Of a stretch of DNA of 64,000 nt, positions 9,152-19,040 are shown piece after piece. Every line of letters begins with the position of its first letter. The stretch's first letter is position 1. The notes beneath the pieces are model-generated. The model searched no databases, was not told the origin of the DNA, and saw only the letters and a list, made by a program, of their open reading frames with translations. Made by a program: the position numbers and the translations under genes. The stretch comes from Spirochaetia bacterium (GTDB taxonomy: Bacteria > Spirochaetota > Spirochaetia > SZUA-6 > Bin103): the NCBI GenBank assembly GCA_965208575.1, contig CBDBOV010000003.1:192001-256000 (forward strand), read 5' to 3'.

Positions 9152-10017
9152 TGTATCCGGCGCCATTTTCCTATGTGCGCGTCGCGTCCGTCGCCGACGC
9201 GCTGGCGGCGCTCGCCGAACACCCGGATGGCCGGTTCCTGGCCGGTGGACACAGCCTGCTGCCGGCGATGAAGCTGCGGCTGGCGGAGCCGGCTACCCTG
9301 ATCGACATCGGACGGGTGGCCGAGTTGCAGGGCATCACGCGGCTGGGTGGCACGCTCAGGATCGGATCGCTCGCTACGCACGACCAGGTGACGAGTTCGG
9401 ATATCGTGTGCGGCGGAGCGCGGCTGCTGGCGGAAGCGTGCGCCAAGGTGGGCGATGCCGCGGTGCGCAACTGGGGTACCGTGGGCGGCAATCTCGCGCA
9501 CGCCGATCCCGCCTCCGATCCACCGCCGGCACTCGTTGCGGCCGGCGCGCGGCTGGAATTGCAATCATCGGCCGGCAAGCGGTGGCTGGCTGCAGGCGAA
9601 TTCTTCAGTGACCTGTTCATCACCGCGCTCGCATCGGACGAGATCATCACCGCGGTGGAAGTGCACGCCGCCGGCGCCCGTACCGGATCGACCTACCTCA
9701 AGCATTCCCATCCCGCCTCCGGCTACGCCGTGTGCGGCGCGGCCGCGGTGGTGGAACTGGACGCGGCCGGTCGCTGCGCCTCCGCTCGGCTCGCCATCGG
9801 TGGGGTCGGCCCGGTACCGATCGCCATCGATCTGGCCGAGTTGTCCGGTGAAGCGCTGGAGCAGGCAGCCGTCGATGCCGCGCTCGCCGACCTCGACGTT
9901 GCCGATCCGCTCAGTGACCCCTACGCGTCCGGCGCATACCGCATCCGGCTTGCACGCGTACTCGGCCGGCGCGCCGTGTTGCTTGCGGGGCGGCGCGCCG
10001 TCACCGGACCGCGTTAA
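9151..10017 (+). CDS. FAD-binding subunit (CoxM/CutM-like)
   Basis: ATG overlaps the coxS stop; [39 protein letters not shown]. Confidence 0.92.
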   Translation: MYPAPFSYVRVASVADALAALAEHPDGRFLAGGHSLLPAMKLRLAEPATLIDIGRVAELQGITRLGGTLRIGSLATHDQVTSSDIVCGGARLLAEACAKVGDAAVRNWGTVGGNLAHADPASDPPPALVAAGARLELQSSAGKRWLAAGEFFSDLFITALASDEIITAVEVHAAGARTGSTYLKHSHPASGYAVCGAAAVVELDAAGRCASARLAIGGVGPVPIAIDLAELSGEALEQAAVDAALADLDVADPLSDPYASGAYRIRLARVLGRRAVLLAGRRAVTGPR

Positions 10018-10042
10018 GCGTCCGGCGCATACCGCATCCGGC
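9925..10042 (+). repeat. 25-bp direct repeat; degenerate duplication of the coxM 3' end
   Basis: GCGTCCGGCGCATACCGCATCCGGC at 9925-9949 and 10018-10042. Confidence 0.8.
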
Positions 10043-10136
10043 CGCGATTGGCGCGGTTCCCCGGTCGCCGCACCATGCCGCCGCGGCTCAACGGGCGGCT
10101 GTCGCGACGCTGTGCCGAAGCGCTGAACGGCGGGCG

Positions 10137-10679
10137 TCAGAAGGCGGCGAAGTGGTTGTAGCTCTCTTCGAGGGTGTAGGTGCGCGCGCCGGCCCGAGGC
10201 GGGGCATGGGCGATGCGGTTGTAGCCGCCGCCGTAGAACAGCAGCGGCCGGCCGCCGCTCAGGGCGCCGCCGACCACCTTGCCGACCACGATCTGGTGGT
10301 CGCCGCCCGGCAGCCGCTCGTGCACTTCGCAGTCCAGGAAGCCGAGGCAGTCGGCGAAGACCGGTGCGCCACTGCCACCGAAGTCGATCTCGATTCCGGC
10401 AAAGTCCTTGGGGCCGGGGGCGGCGAACCGTTGCGAAAGCGCCTCCTGGTCGGCGCGCAGGATGTTGATCGCGAATGCCGGCGTGGCGGCCAGTTGGTCG
10501 ATCATCCGGTTGCGCACGTCGATGGCGAACAGCACCAGCGGCGGATCGAGCGACAGCGAGGTGACGGAGTTGGCGGTCATGCCCCACTCGGCCCCGGACC
10601 GGTCGCCGGTGGTGATCACCGTGACGCCGGTGGCGAAGTGGCCCATGATGCGGCGCTGAGCGTCGCGGTCAATCGCCAT
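10137..10679 (-). CDS. Flavin reductase (HpaC/RutF-like)
   Basis: FATGVTVIT, TANSVTSLSLDPPL and GDH motifs. Confidence 0.92.
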   Translation of the reverse strand: MAIDRDAQRRIMGHFATGVTVITTGDRSGAEWGMTANSVTSLSLDPPLVLFAIDVRNRMIDQLAATPAFAINILRADQEALSQRFAAPGPKDFAGIEIDFGGSGAPVFADCLGFLDCEVHERLPGGDHQIVVGKVVGGALSGGRPLLFYGGGYNRIAHAPPRAGARTYTLEESYNHFAAF

Positions 10680-11760
10680 GCGCCGCCGCCGCCGACACCG
10701 CCGGCACGACGGTGCGGGCCAGCAGCTCCAGGGAGCGGGTCCAGCGCGCACGGTCGTCCCAGTCGTGGGCGATCATCAGCAGCGTGCCGAAGCCGCCGGT
10801 CGCCTGTTGGAGGGCGCGCAGGCGCTCGGCGCAGGTGGCGGCGCTGCCGATGATGCACAGCCTGCTCAGCGCGTATTCCACGGTGATCTCCTCGTCCGGT
10901 TGCTCGGGGCGTTCCTTCATCACCTGCAGCACGCCGCCGGCGGTCAGGATCCTGATCAGGTAGTCGAGCGAGGCGGCGAAGGAGCCGGTACGCGCGTGGT
11001 CCCACGCCTCCGCGTCGCTGTCCGCCACGAAGATGCTGCGCGCCACCCGCCACATGGCGCGGTCGGGAACCGGGCGTCCGGCCGCCGCGGCGCCGGCGCA
11101 GTAGGTGTCCCAGTGCGAGCCGAGCGTCGCGTCGGGCACCAGGTTGGTGCTGATCGGCATGAAGCCGCGCTCGCCGGCGGTGTGGGCCGCCCGCGAGCCC
11201 GCCTTGATCACGCTCATCGCGATCGGCGGGTGCGGCTTCTGGTAGGGCCGCAGCATCACGCCGACGCCCAGCTCGCGGTCAGGCTCGTCCGCCCGCACGT
11301 GCCAGAACCGCCCGCGGAAGTCGAACGGCGCCTCGCTCCGCCACAGCTTCATCACCAGGTCGATCCCTTCAAGCGTCATCAATCCCTGGGTGCCGGGGTC
11401 GGGCAGGTCGAACAGCTCCCAGTCGGTGGGCACGCCGCTCTGCCCGAAGCCGACGTTGATGCGCCCGCGCGACAGGTGGTCGAGAAACGCCAGCCGCACC
11501 GCCACGTTGACCGGGTGATGGTGGGGGAGGATCGACACGCCGGTGCCCAGGCGTATGGTGGAGGTGCGCGGCAGCAGGTTGGCGATGAACAGATCGTTGG
11601 ACGGGATCGGCTCCCACGCCACCGAGTGGTGCTGCCCGATCCACGCCTCGGTGAAGCCGAGCGCCTCGGCCAGCGTGACCTGTTCGATGTCTTCGTCGAA
11701 GCACGCCGTGCGGTCCTTGGCCGGCGGGTGCAGCGGCATCATGAACATGCCCAGCTTCAT
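10669..11760 (-). CDS. Luciferase-like (LLM) flavin-dependent monooxygenase
   Basis: MKLGMFMMPLHPP, EAWIGQHH, RLAFLDHLSRGR, PYQKPHPP. Confidence 0.92.
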   Translation of the reverse strand: MKLGMFMMPLHPPAKDRTACFDEDIEQVTLAEALGFTEAWIGQHHSVAWEPIPSNDLFIANLLPRTSTIRLGTGVSILPHHHPVNVAVRLAFLDHLSRGRINVGFGQSGVPTDWELFDLPDPGTQGLMTLEGIDLVMKLWRSEAPFDFRGRFWHVRADEPDRELGVGVMLRPYQKPHPPIAMSVIKAGSRAAHTAGERGFMPISTNLVPDATLGSHWDTYCAGAAAAGRPVPDRAMWRVARSIFVADSDAEAWDHARTGSFAASLDYLIRILTAGGVLQVMKERPEQPDEEITVEYALSRLCIIGSAATCAERLRALQQATGGFGTLLMIAHDWDDRARWTRSLELLARTVVPAVSAAAAHGD

Positions 11761-11875
11761 CGCGGTCAATATACGTCAGATCACCGCACGTTCAAGGCAG
11801 CCGCGCCGGGGGTGCCGGGGCCTGCGCACCCCGGTTCGAGGAGTCAGGCCGCGGCGCCCCCCGGCGCGTCGGCGG

Positions 11876-12226
11876 TCAGCGGGTGGGAACGGGAACGCTC
11901 ATCGGCAGGTGGGGCGGTGCCGCCGGTTCCAGCTTGACCCGGTAGTGCTCGAGCAGGCGCTGCAACTGGTGGTCCCCCTGCAGCCAGCGGAAGTCGTATT
12001 CGTCGTGGCGACCGACGACCTGCAGGTCATGCAGGTAGTCGAGCGCCAGCTCGCCGCAGGTGCCGCCCTCGGGCACCGCCGCCTCAGGCTCCGCGGCCAG
12101 GTAGGACAGCAGGTCGTCCAGGCAGCGCAGCGCCTCCTCCCGTACCCGGAGCCGCGAGAAGGCGATCACCAGGTACTGCAGTGCCACGTAGCGGAACGGA
12201 TCGGTGCGGATGGATAGTGTATTCAT
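11876..12226 (-). CDS. Hypothetical protein (116 aa)
   Basis: GGAGG RBS before ATG, host-like codon bias, no recognisable motif. Confidence 0.6.
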   Translation of the reverse strand: MNTLSIRTDPFRYVALQYLVIAFSRLRVREEALRCLDDLLSYLAAEPEAAVPEGGTCGELALDYLHDLQVVGRHDEYDFRWLQGDHQLQRLLEHYRVKLEPAAPPHLPMSVPVPTR

Positions 12227-12301
12227 CTGGCCCTCCACTCCCTATCAATGGCGCCCGCGCGCTGGCGCTTTACCACGCCCGCGCCGCGAGCCTCCCAGTT
12301 A

Positions 12302-12330
12302 TTGACAGCGTCGGCAGAAACCGTTATCAA
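12302..12330 (+). promoter_or_regulatory. Probable sigma70 promoter of the tRNA
   Basis: TTGACA-17 nt-TATCAA, 35 bp upstream of the tRNA. Confidence 0.5.
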
Positions 12331-12365
12331 TATGAGTCGCGGGGCGCGCACGCCGCGGCCCTCAA

Positions 12366-12438
12366 TCCCCTGTAGCTCAGTTGGTAGAGCGGGTGGCTGT
12401 TAACCACCATGTCGGCAGTTCGAGTCTGTCCGGGGGAG
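12366..12438 (+). tRNA. tRNA-Asn (GTT)
   Basis: TCCCCTG/CGGGGGA acceptor stem, TAGCTCAGTTGGTAGAGC D-arm, CT-GTT-AA anticodon loop, GTTCGAG T-loop; CCA not encoded. Confidence 0.97.
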
Positions 12439-12465
12439 CAAGATATCTCGTGTTGTATCTCGCCG

Positions 12466-12517
12466 ATCCGCAGTTCTGTTGCGGATAAATGGCAAATTCC
12501 CGCAGAATAGTTGCGAT
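12466..12517. promoter_or_regulatory. Two related palindromes, putative operator of the downstream ATPase
   Basis: ATCCGCA-N7-TGCGGAT followed by CCGCAG-AATAGT-TGCGA, just upstream of ATG 12546. Confidence 0.45.
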
Positions 12518-12545
12518 ATTCCGTGCATGGGCGTAAAGTTGGGAC

Positions 12546-13721
12546 ATGACCGGGCCCACCGTTCCACGTCGTCTTGGCCTGACTTCCGACCTTCGCCACC
12601 GGTCCGTGTTTCTGTTCGGCCCGCGGCAGACCGGAAAGACGACCTGGCTGAACAAGCAGTTTCCGCACGCTCCGGTGTTCAATCTGCTGCGCGGCGAGGT
12701 GTTCCTCCGGTTGTCCCGCGAGCCGGGGCGGCTGCGGCAGGAGTTGGCCACGTCTGCTCGTGCGTCGGCACCGGTGATCATCGACGAGATTCAGAAGCTG
12801 CCCAGTCTGCTCGACGAGGTACATGATCTCATCGAGTCCGGCGGATTGCAGTTCATACTGGCCGCCAGCAGCCCCGCCAAGCTGCGCCGCGGCGGAGTCA
12901 ACCTGCTTGGCGGCCGCGCCCGCACACGGCGCCTGTTCCCGTTCGTTTCGGCGGAAATCCCGGATTGGGATCTGGTGCGGGCCATCAACGTTGGCGGCAT
13001 CCCTTCGATCTACTATTCCGACGACCCGATTGAAGATCTGCGCGCCTACTGCGGCAATTACCTGCAACTCGAGATCCAGGCGGAGGGATTGGTGCGCGGT
13101 GTGGAGCGGTTCTCGCGTTTTCTCGCCGCCGCCGCGCTCGGCTGTGGTCAGCAGGTGGTGTTCAAGCGGCTGGCTTCCGATGCCGCCGTGCCTGCGCGTA
13201 CGGTGCGCGAATACTTCCAGGTGCTGGACGACACGCTGGTGGGCGAACTGCTGCAGCCGTTCACACCGAAGCGGGCGAGCCGCAAACCGGTGTCGCACGC
13301 CAAGTTCTACCTGTTCGACGTGGGAGTAGCCAACGTCCTGGCCGGGATGACTCGAATCGAGCCGGGCAGCGCGGCATTCGGGCGGGCCCTGGAGCACCTC
13401 GTGTTCTGCGAGTTGCGCGCCCGCCTCGGATATGGCCGCGACGCGCGTCCGCTGACGTTTTGGCGCACGACCGACGGTTCGGAGGTCGACTTCGTGGTCG
13501 GTGACAGCGTGGCGGTCGAGGTGAAGGCCACCGGCGCCGTGACACCGCGCGACCTGACCGGGCTCCGGCGGCTGGCCGACGAAGTGCCGTTGCTCAGGCG
13601 CATCGTGGTGTGCAGCGAATCGGCGCCACGGATTGTCGATGGCATCGAATTGCTCCCGGTGCGGGAATTCCTCGCTGCCCTGTGGGATGGTGAGATTCTC
13701 GACGAGCGGGCGCGGTGTTGA
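12546..13721 (+). CDS. AAA_14 ATPase with DUF4143 and C-terminal REase-like domain
   Basis: GPRQTGKT, IIDEIQK, KFYLFDVG, EVDFVV...VEVK. Confidence 0.9.
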   Translation: MTGPTVPRRLGLTSDLRHRSVFLFGPRQTGKTTWLNKQFPHAPVFNLLRGEVFLRLSREPGRLRQELATSARASAPVIIDEIQKLPSLLDEVHDLIESGGLQFILAASSPAKLRRGGVNLLGGRARTRRLFPFVSAEIPDWDLVRAINVGGIPSIYYSDDPIEDLRAYCGNYLQLEIQAEGLVRGVERFSRFLAAAALGCGQQVVFKRLASDAAVPARTVREYFQVLDDTLVGELLQPFTPKRASRKPVSHAKFYLFDVGVANVLAGMTRIEPGSAAFGRALEHLVFCELRARLGYGRDARPLTFWRTTDGSEVDFVVGDSVAVEVKATGAVTPRDLTGLRRLADEVPLLRRIVVCSESAPRIVDGIELLPVREFLAALWDGEILDERARC

Positions 13722-13784
13722 TGGATCGGGCGCTGTTCACCGTGTATCCTGCGGTCCACCATATTGAACCGAGGAGGGTGCGCC

Positions 13785-14876
13785 ATGAAAGCTGCCGTTC
13801 TGTATGAGCCACACCAGCCGCTGGTGATCGAGGAGATTCGCGTACGCAAGCCGGCCGCGCGCGAGGTGCTGCTGCGCACCGCGGTGGCGGGCCTGTGCCA
13901 CTCCGACCTGCACTTCATGGAGGGGCTGTACAAGACCCCTCTGCCGGTGGTGCTTGGCCACGAGTCGTCGGCGGTGGTGGAGCAGGTCGGCCCCGAGGTG
14001 ACCTACGTCGAGCCCGGCGACCGGGTCGTGACCTGCTTGTCGGTGTTCTGCGGCACCTGCGAGTACTGCACCACCGGCAGCCCGGCGCTGTGCAACAACA
14101 CCGACGTGAAGCTGGAGCCGGGGAAGTCGGATCGCCTGGAGTGGGACAAGCCCGAACGGCCGCACACGTTTGCCAACCTGTCGTCGTTCGCGGAGCAGAT
14201 GCTGGTGCACGAGAACGCGATCGTGAAGATACGCGACGAGATGCCGCTCGACCGCGCCGCGCTGATCGGGTGCGGGGTGATAACCGGTTTCGGGGCGGCA
14301 GTGAACACGGCTGCGGTGCGTCCGGGCGAGACGGTGGCCGTGCTCGGCTGCGGCGGCGTCGGCATGGCGGCGGTCAACGGCGCCTACGTCGCCGGGGCGG
14401 GGCGCGTCATCGCGGTGGACACCAACCCGGACAAGCTGCAGGCCGCGAGCAAGCTCGGCGCGACCGACCAGGTGAACCCGGCCGATGGCGATCCGGTGGA
14501 GCGGATCAAGGAGATGACCGGCGGCGGCGTGCACCACGCGATCGAGTGCATCGGCCTGAAGGCGACCGCCGAGCAGTCGTTCGACATGCTCGCGTCGGGC
14601 GGCACCGCCACCATCGTGGGCATGGTGCCGTTCGAGGAGAAGATCGAACTGCACGCGGCCACGCTGCTGCGCGAGCGCAAGTTGCAGGGCTCGTCGATGG
14701 GCTCCAACCGCTTCCGGGTCGACATGCCGCGCCTGGTCGACCTGTACCTGCAGGGCCGCCTGCACCTCGACGCCTGGATCTCCCGCCGCATCCGCCTGGA
14801 GGAAATCAACGCCGGCTTCGAGGCCATGAAGGCCGGCGAAGTAATCCGCTCCATCATCGACTTCCAAGCCGCCTAG
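13785..14876 (+). CDS. Zn-dependent alcohol dehydrogenase (class III-like MDR)
   Basis: CHSD, GHE, CxxCxxC...C and GCGGVG motifs; GAGG RBS. Confidence 0.93.
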   Translation: MKAAVLYEPHQPLVIEEIRVRKPAAREVLLRTAVAGLCHSDLHFMEGLYKTPLPVVLGHESSAVVEQVGPEVTYVEPGDRVVTCLSVFCGTCEYCTTGSPALCNNTDVKLEPGKSDRLEWDKPERPHTFANLSSFAEQMLVHENAIVKIRDEMPLDRAALIGCGVITGFGAAVNTAAVRPGETVAVLGCGGVGMAAVNGAYVAGAGRVIAVDTNPDKLQAASKLGATDQVNPADGDPVERIKEMTGGGVHHAIECIGLKATAEQSFDMLASGGTATIVGMVPFEEKIELHAATLLRERKLQGSSMGSNRFRVDMPRLVDLYLQGRLHLDAWISRRIRLEEINAGFEAMKAGEVIRSIIDFQAA

Positions 14877-14892
14877 TAGACTCTGACCTGAA

Positions 14893-15197
14893 CTAATTGT
14901 CGAGCAGCCAGGCAAGCAACGCTGCCGGGATGGCTGCCACCTCGGGATCGTCGAGGTTCAGTTCGGAGCGGGTGGCCACAATGCCTCGCCATCCGGATGC
15001 ACGCAGCGTCTGCGCGTCCCGCAGCCAACGGCCGTCGACGTACTTCGACTCGATGGCCCAGCCGCCGAGGTCGGGACCGACGAAATCGATCTCTCGTCGG
15101 GTTCGGGATCGATGGTACAGAACGCGGTCGAAGCCGAGGTAGCTGCCCGCTCGCTCACGCACGAAGCTGCGCCAGAGCGCCATCCCGAGTTGCTGCT
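14893..15197 (-). pseudogene. C-terminal remnant of a second AAA/DUF4143-type ATPase
   Basis: EQQLGMALWRS...REIDFVG...AIESKY; the ATPase domain is missing and the remnant abuts an AT-rich palindromic promoter-like segment (15210-15288). Confidence 0.65.
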
Positions 15198-15401
15198 CTG
15201 CGCCATCTGTCTGTCAAAAAGTATACATAATAATCGGTCGATGTATGTTATTGTATTATTTTTCCCGCCACCACTGAGCTTTGACAGAGCCGGGAACGCG
15301 AGCTGCGGCGCGGCCACGCCAGGGTGAGGCTGGACGCGGGGCTCGCGGGGGTCGGGCGTGTTTGACAGCGGGGGGGCGATGGGTTAGCACTGTTCGCTAC
15401 G

Positions 15402-16352
15402 ATGTCGACTGACGCGCACGCGGTCACATCGCTGCGCCGGCGCAGCGCCGCCAGGATCGGCAGGCGGATCGTCAAGCACTGGGAGTACTACCTGCTGGTG
15501 CTGGTGCCGATGGCGTACATCGTCATCTTCAAGTACGTGCCGATGGTGGGCGCGCAGATCGCGTTCCGGGACTTCAACGTGATTCAGGGCATGTGGGGCA
15601 GCCCGTGGGTCGGGTTCCGGGAGTTCATCCGCTTCTTCGAGTCGCCGAGCTTCTGGCGGCTGATCGAGAACACCTTTTCCATCAGCCTGACCCGGCTGCT
15701 GCTCGGCTTCCCGGCGCCGATCATCCTGGCGCTGGCGCTCAACGAGATCAGCCAACGCACCTTCAAGCGGTCGGTGCAGATGGTTACCTACGCGCCGCAC
15801 TTCATCTCCACGGTGGTGATGGCGTCGATGATCATCCTGTTCCTGAACCCGCGGCTCGGCCTGTTCGGCGTGCTGATGCGGGTGGCGGGAGTGCAGCCGG
15901 TCAACTACCTGGCGGTGGCCAGCCACTTCAAGTTCGTGTACGCCCTGTCGGATATCTGGCAGCACGCCGGCTACGGCGCGATCATCTACATGGCGGCGCT
16001 GGCGAGCATCAATCCCGAATTGTACGAGGCGGCGCGCATCGACGGGGCGTCGCGCCTGCAGAAGATCATCCACGTGGACATTCCCGGCATCATGCCGGTG
16101 ATGGTGATCCTGCTGATCCTGGAGTTCGGCGAGATCATGGAGGTGGGGTTCGAGAAGATCTACCTGCTGCAGAACCCGGTGAACATCTCGGCGTCGGAGA
16201 TCATCCAGACCTACGTCTACAAGATCGGCATCATCAACGCCAGCTTCAGCTTCGCCTCCGCGGTGGGGCTGTTCAACTCGGTGATCAACTTCATCCTGCT
16301 GGTCGCCGTGAACGCCGCCGCCAGGCGGATTTCCAACAACAGCCTATGGTAG
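15402..16352 (+). CDS. Carbohydrate ABC permease (LplB-like)
   Basis: ELYEAARIDGA EAA loop; YAPHFIS; TM helices. Confidence 0.93.
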   Translation: MSTDAHAVTSLRRRSAARIGRRIVKHWEYYLLVLVPMAYIVIFKYVPMVGAQIAFRDFNVIQGMWGSPWVGFREFIRFFESPSFWRLIENTFSISLTRLLLGFPAPIILALALNEISQRTFKRSVQMVTYAPHFISTVVMASMIILFLNPRLGLFGVLMRVAGVQPVNYLAVASHFKFVYALSDIWQHAGYGAIIYMAALASINPELYEAARIDGASRLQKIIHVDIPGIMPVMVILLILEFGEIMEVGFEKIYLLQNPVNISASEIIQTYVYKIGIINASFSFASAVGLFNSVINFILLVAVNAAARRISNNSLW

Positions 16353-17278
16353 GAACGGTGGAGCAGGCGGGCCGTGCGCTGCCGCGCCGCGGCGGCAGGA
16401 TCAGGGAGTCGCGGGTCGATCGCGTGTTCCTGACGGTCATCGTGATCTTCCTCGCCTTCGTGCTGATCTCGGTGCTGTACCCGCTCATCTTCATCGTCAG
16501 CTCGTCGTTCAGCTCCACCAGCGCGGTGATCGGCGGCCAGGTGTGGCTGCTGCCGGTGGAACCGTCGGTGCTCGGCTACCAGGCGGTGTTCGAGCACCGC
16601 TCGGTGATGATCGGCTACGTCAACAGCGCCATCTACACGTTCTTCGGCACCATCATCAACGTGGTGCTGACGGTGTGCATCGCGTTCCCGCTGTCGCGCT
16701 CCGATTTCTTCGGGCGCAACTTCCTGATGATGAGCCTGGTGTTCACGATGCTGTTCAGCGGCGGGCTGATTCCGCTCTACCTGGTGGTGCTCAAGCTCGG
16801 GCTGATGAACACGCGCTGGGCGATGCTGCTGCCGGAGGCGCTGGTGGTGTGGTTCGTGATCATCGCGCGCACCTACTTCCAGACTTCGATTCCCGACGAG
16901 CTGGCGGAGGCGGCGTCGATCGACGGCTGCCGCGACACCTACTTCGTGTGGGCGGTGGTGCTGCCGCTGTCGAAGCCGATCGTCGCGGTGCTGACACTGA
17001 TGTACGCGGTCGCGCACTGGAACCGCTACTTCCACGCGCTGATGTTCCTGAGCAGCGAGCGGCTGTACCCGCTGCAGATCGTGCTGCGCAACATTCTCAT
17101 TCTGAACCAGACCCAGGAAATGGCGGTCGAGGTGAGCGAGGAGCTGATGCGCCAGGGGCTCGCCGACCTGATGAAGTTCTCTCTCATCGTGGTGGCGAGC
17201 GCCCCGGTGCTGGCGCTGTATCCGTTCGTGCAGCGCTATTTCATCAAAGGGATAATGATCGGTTCTCTGAAGGGCTGA
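16346..17278 (+). CDS. Carbohydrate ABC permease (LplC-like)
   Basis: FSGGLIPLY, EAASIDG, YPFVQRYFIKG; start could be GTG 16358. Confidence 0.9.
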   Translation: MVGTVEQAGRALPRRGGRIRESRVDRVFLTVIVIFLAFVLISVLYPLIFIVSSSFSSTSAVIGGQVWLLPVEPSVLGYQAVFEHRSVMIGYVNSAIYTFFGTIINVVLTVCIAFPLSRSDFFGRNFLMMSLVFTMLFSGGLIPLYLVVLKLGLMNTRWAMLLPEALVVWFVIIARTYFQTSIPDELAEAASIDGCRDTYFVWAVVLPLSKPIVAVLTLMYAVAHWNRYFHALMFLSSERLYPLQIVLRNILILNQTQEMAVEVSEELMRQGLADLMKFSLIVVASAPVLALYPFVQRYFIKGIMIGSLKG

Positions 17279-17357
17279 TGTGCGCCTGGCGGCGGGCATC
17301 AGGGGCTTACGGGCATCGTGCCGAATGGCCGGTGCAAACACACCAGGAGGTAGCACG

Positions 17358-18983
17358 ATGAAAAGGATTTCGTGCATTGCGTTGACGTTGTTCCTTGTCG
17401 CGGCCGCGTATGCGGCGGCCGGCGCGGAAGGAGAGGCCGGGGCCGCCGGGGAGGCCGGGGACGGGCCGCTGGTCTTGAGCATGTTCATTACGCTTGGAGA
17501 GCGGCAGCAGTCGATGGCTCCCGGCGAGAACAGGTACACGGACTACCTGCAGGAGAAGTTCAACGTCAGCTTCGACCTGACCGTGGTGCCGGGCGAAGCG
17601 CGCCTGGAGAAGCAGAACCTGCTGCTCGCGAGCGGTACCTATCCCGACATCTTCTTCGACGGGCAGTTCAGTCCCGCCGACCAGATGAAATACGGCGGCC
17701 AGGGGGTGCTGATTCCGCTCAACGACCTGATCGCCAACCACGGGCCGGACATCGAGAAGGCGTGGGAGATTCTGCCGGTGCTGGAGAAGTGGATGGTGAC
17801 GCCGGACGGCAACATCTACAGCATTCCGGCGGTGGAGGAGTGCTACCACTGCAGCGTGAACCAGAAGCACTGGATCAACACCACCTGGCTGGAGGGGCTC
17901 GGCCTGGACATGCCCGGCACCACCGCCGAGTACGAGGCGGTGCTGACGGCGTTCCGGGATAACGATCCCAACGGCAACGGCAAGCAGGACGAGATTCCGC
18001 TGACCGGCGCGGTCAACACCTGGTCCGCCGACGTGCAGGATTTCCTGATGTCGGCGTTCATCTACACCGACGGGCAGCGCTTTCTGACCGCCGACAACGG
18101 CACCATCATCTTCACGCCCGACAAGCCCCAGTGGCGCGACGGCCTGCGCTGGATCAACCGCCTGTACACCAGCGGCCTGATCGACAGCGAGGCGTTCACC
18201 AACTCGCGGGATACCCTGCGCGCACTGGCCAACCGGCCGGACGACCTGATCGTGGGCGCCTACGCCGCCGGCCACGCCCTGATGGGGGCGCAGGAGGAAG
18301 GCATCTGGCAGCAGTACCGCGTGGTGCCGCCGCTGCTCGGCCCGGACGGCGTGCAGTTGACCGCCTACCGGCCCTACATGCCCAACTTCGGGCGCTTCGC
18401 GATTACCAACAAGGCGAGCGAAGCGGTGCAGCAGCGCGCCATGGAGCTGGCCAACTGGTTCTACACGACGCAGGGCACCCTGGAGATGGGCGCCGGCATC
18501 GGCGGTCCGGAGTCGGAAGGCTTCTACTGGGACTGGGCCGGCCCGGACGACATGGGCCTGAACGGCGAGCCCGCCATCTACCTCAAGCTGCCGCCGCCGC
18601 CGATGAGCGAGGTGACCAACTACAAGTGGCACACCGAGTTCCGGTTCTGGCACAAGGAGCTGTTCAACGGCTGGGCGGCCAGCCAGGACATCATGACGCG
18701 CGACGGCTACGAGCGCTTTCTGGTGGTGGAGTCGGACAAGTACATCGACCACGTGCCCGCCGAGGTGGTGCCGGGGTCGATGTACTTCGCCGGGGAGGAC
18801 GCACAACTGACCGCGCAGTTGCAGGTGGAGATCCAGAACTACGTGGAGGAGAACACGGTGGCGTTCATCACCGGCCAGCACGACCTCGACACCGAGTGGG
18901 ATTCCTACGTGCAGGGCTTCGAAGGCCTGCGCCTGGCCCGCTACCTGGAGGTGATGCAGAAGACCTACGACGACTTCCAGTAG
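17358..18983 (+). CDS. Carbohydrate ABC substrate-binding protein (LplA-like)
   Basis: AGGAGG RBS, signal peptide, PDGNIYSIP, DPNGNGKQDEIP. Confidence 0.92.
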   Translation: MKRISCIALTLFLVAAAYAAAGAEGEAGAAGEAGDGPLVLSMFITLGERQQSMAPGENRYTDYLQEKFNVSFDLTVVPGEARLEKQNLLLASGTYPDIFFDGQFSPADQMKYGGQGVLIPLNDLIANHGPDIEKAWEILPVLEKWMVTPDGNIYSIPAVEECYHCSVNQKHWINTTWLEGLGLDMPGTTAEYEAVLTAFRDNDPNGNGKQDEIPLTGAVNTWSADVQDFLMSAFIYTDGQRFLTADNGTIIFTPDKPQWRDGLRWINRLYTSGLIDSEAFTNSRDTLRALANRPDDLIVGAYAAGHALMGAQEEGIWQQYRVVPPLLGPDGVQLTAYRPYMPNFGRFAITNKASEAVQQRAMELANWFYTTQGTLEMGAGIGGPESEGFYWDWAGPDDMGLNGEPAIYLKLPPPPMSEVTNYKWHTEFRFWHKELFNGWAASQDIMTRDGYERFLVVESDKYIDHVPAEVVPGSMYFAGEDAQLTAQLQVEIQNYVEENTVAFITGQHDLDTEWDSYVQGFEGLRLARYLEVMQKTYDDFQ

Positions 18984-19040
18984 TCGTTTCGGTTCAGTCG
19001 GGTGGCGTCCGGAGGCATACGCTTCCGGCCCACCCTGCGT

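Noticed and set aside
4150-10017. Aerobic CO dehydrogenase (coxMSL)
   Set aside because: The large subunit has AYRAPG, not AYxCSFR (form I) or AYxGAGR (form II).
12366-15300. Genomic island integrated at tRNA-Asn
   Set aside because: No integrase and no duplicated tRNA 3' end found in the window.
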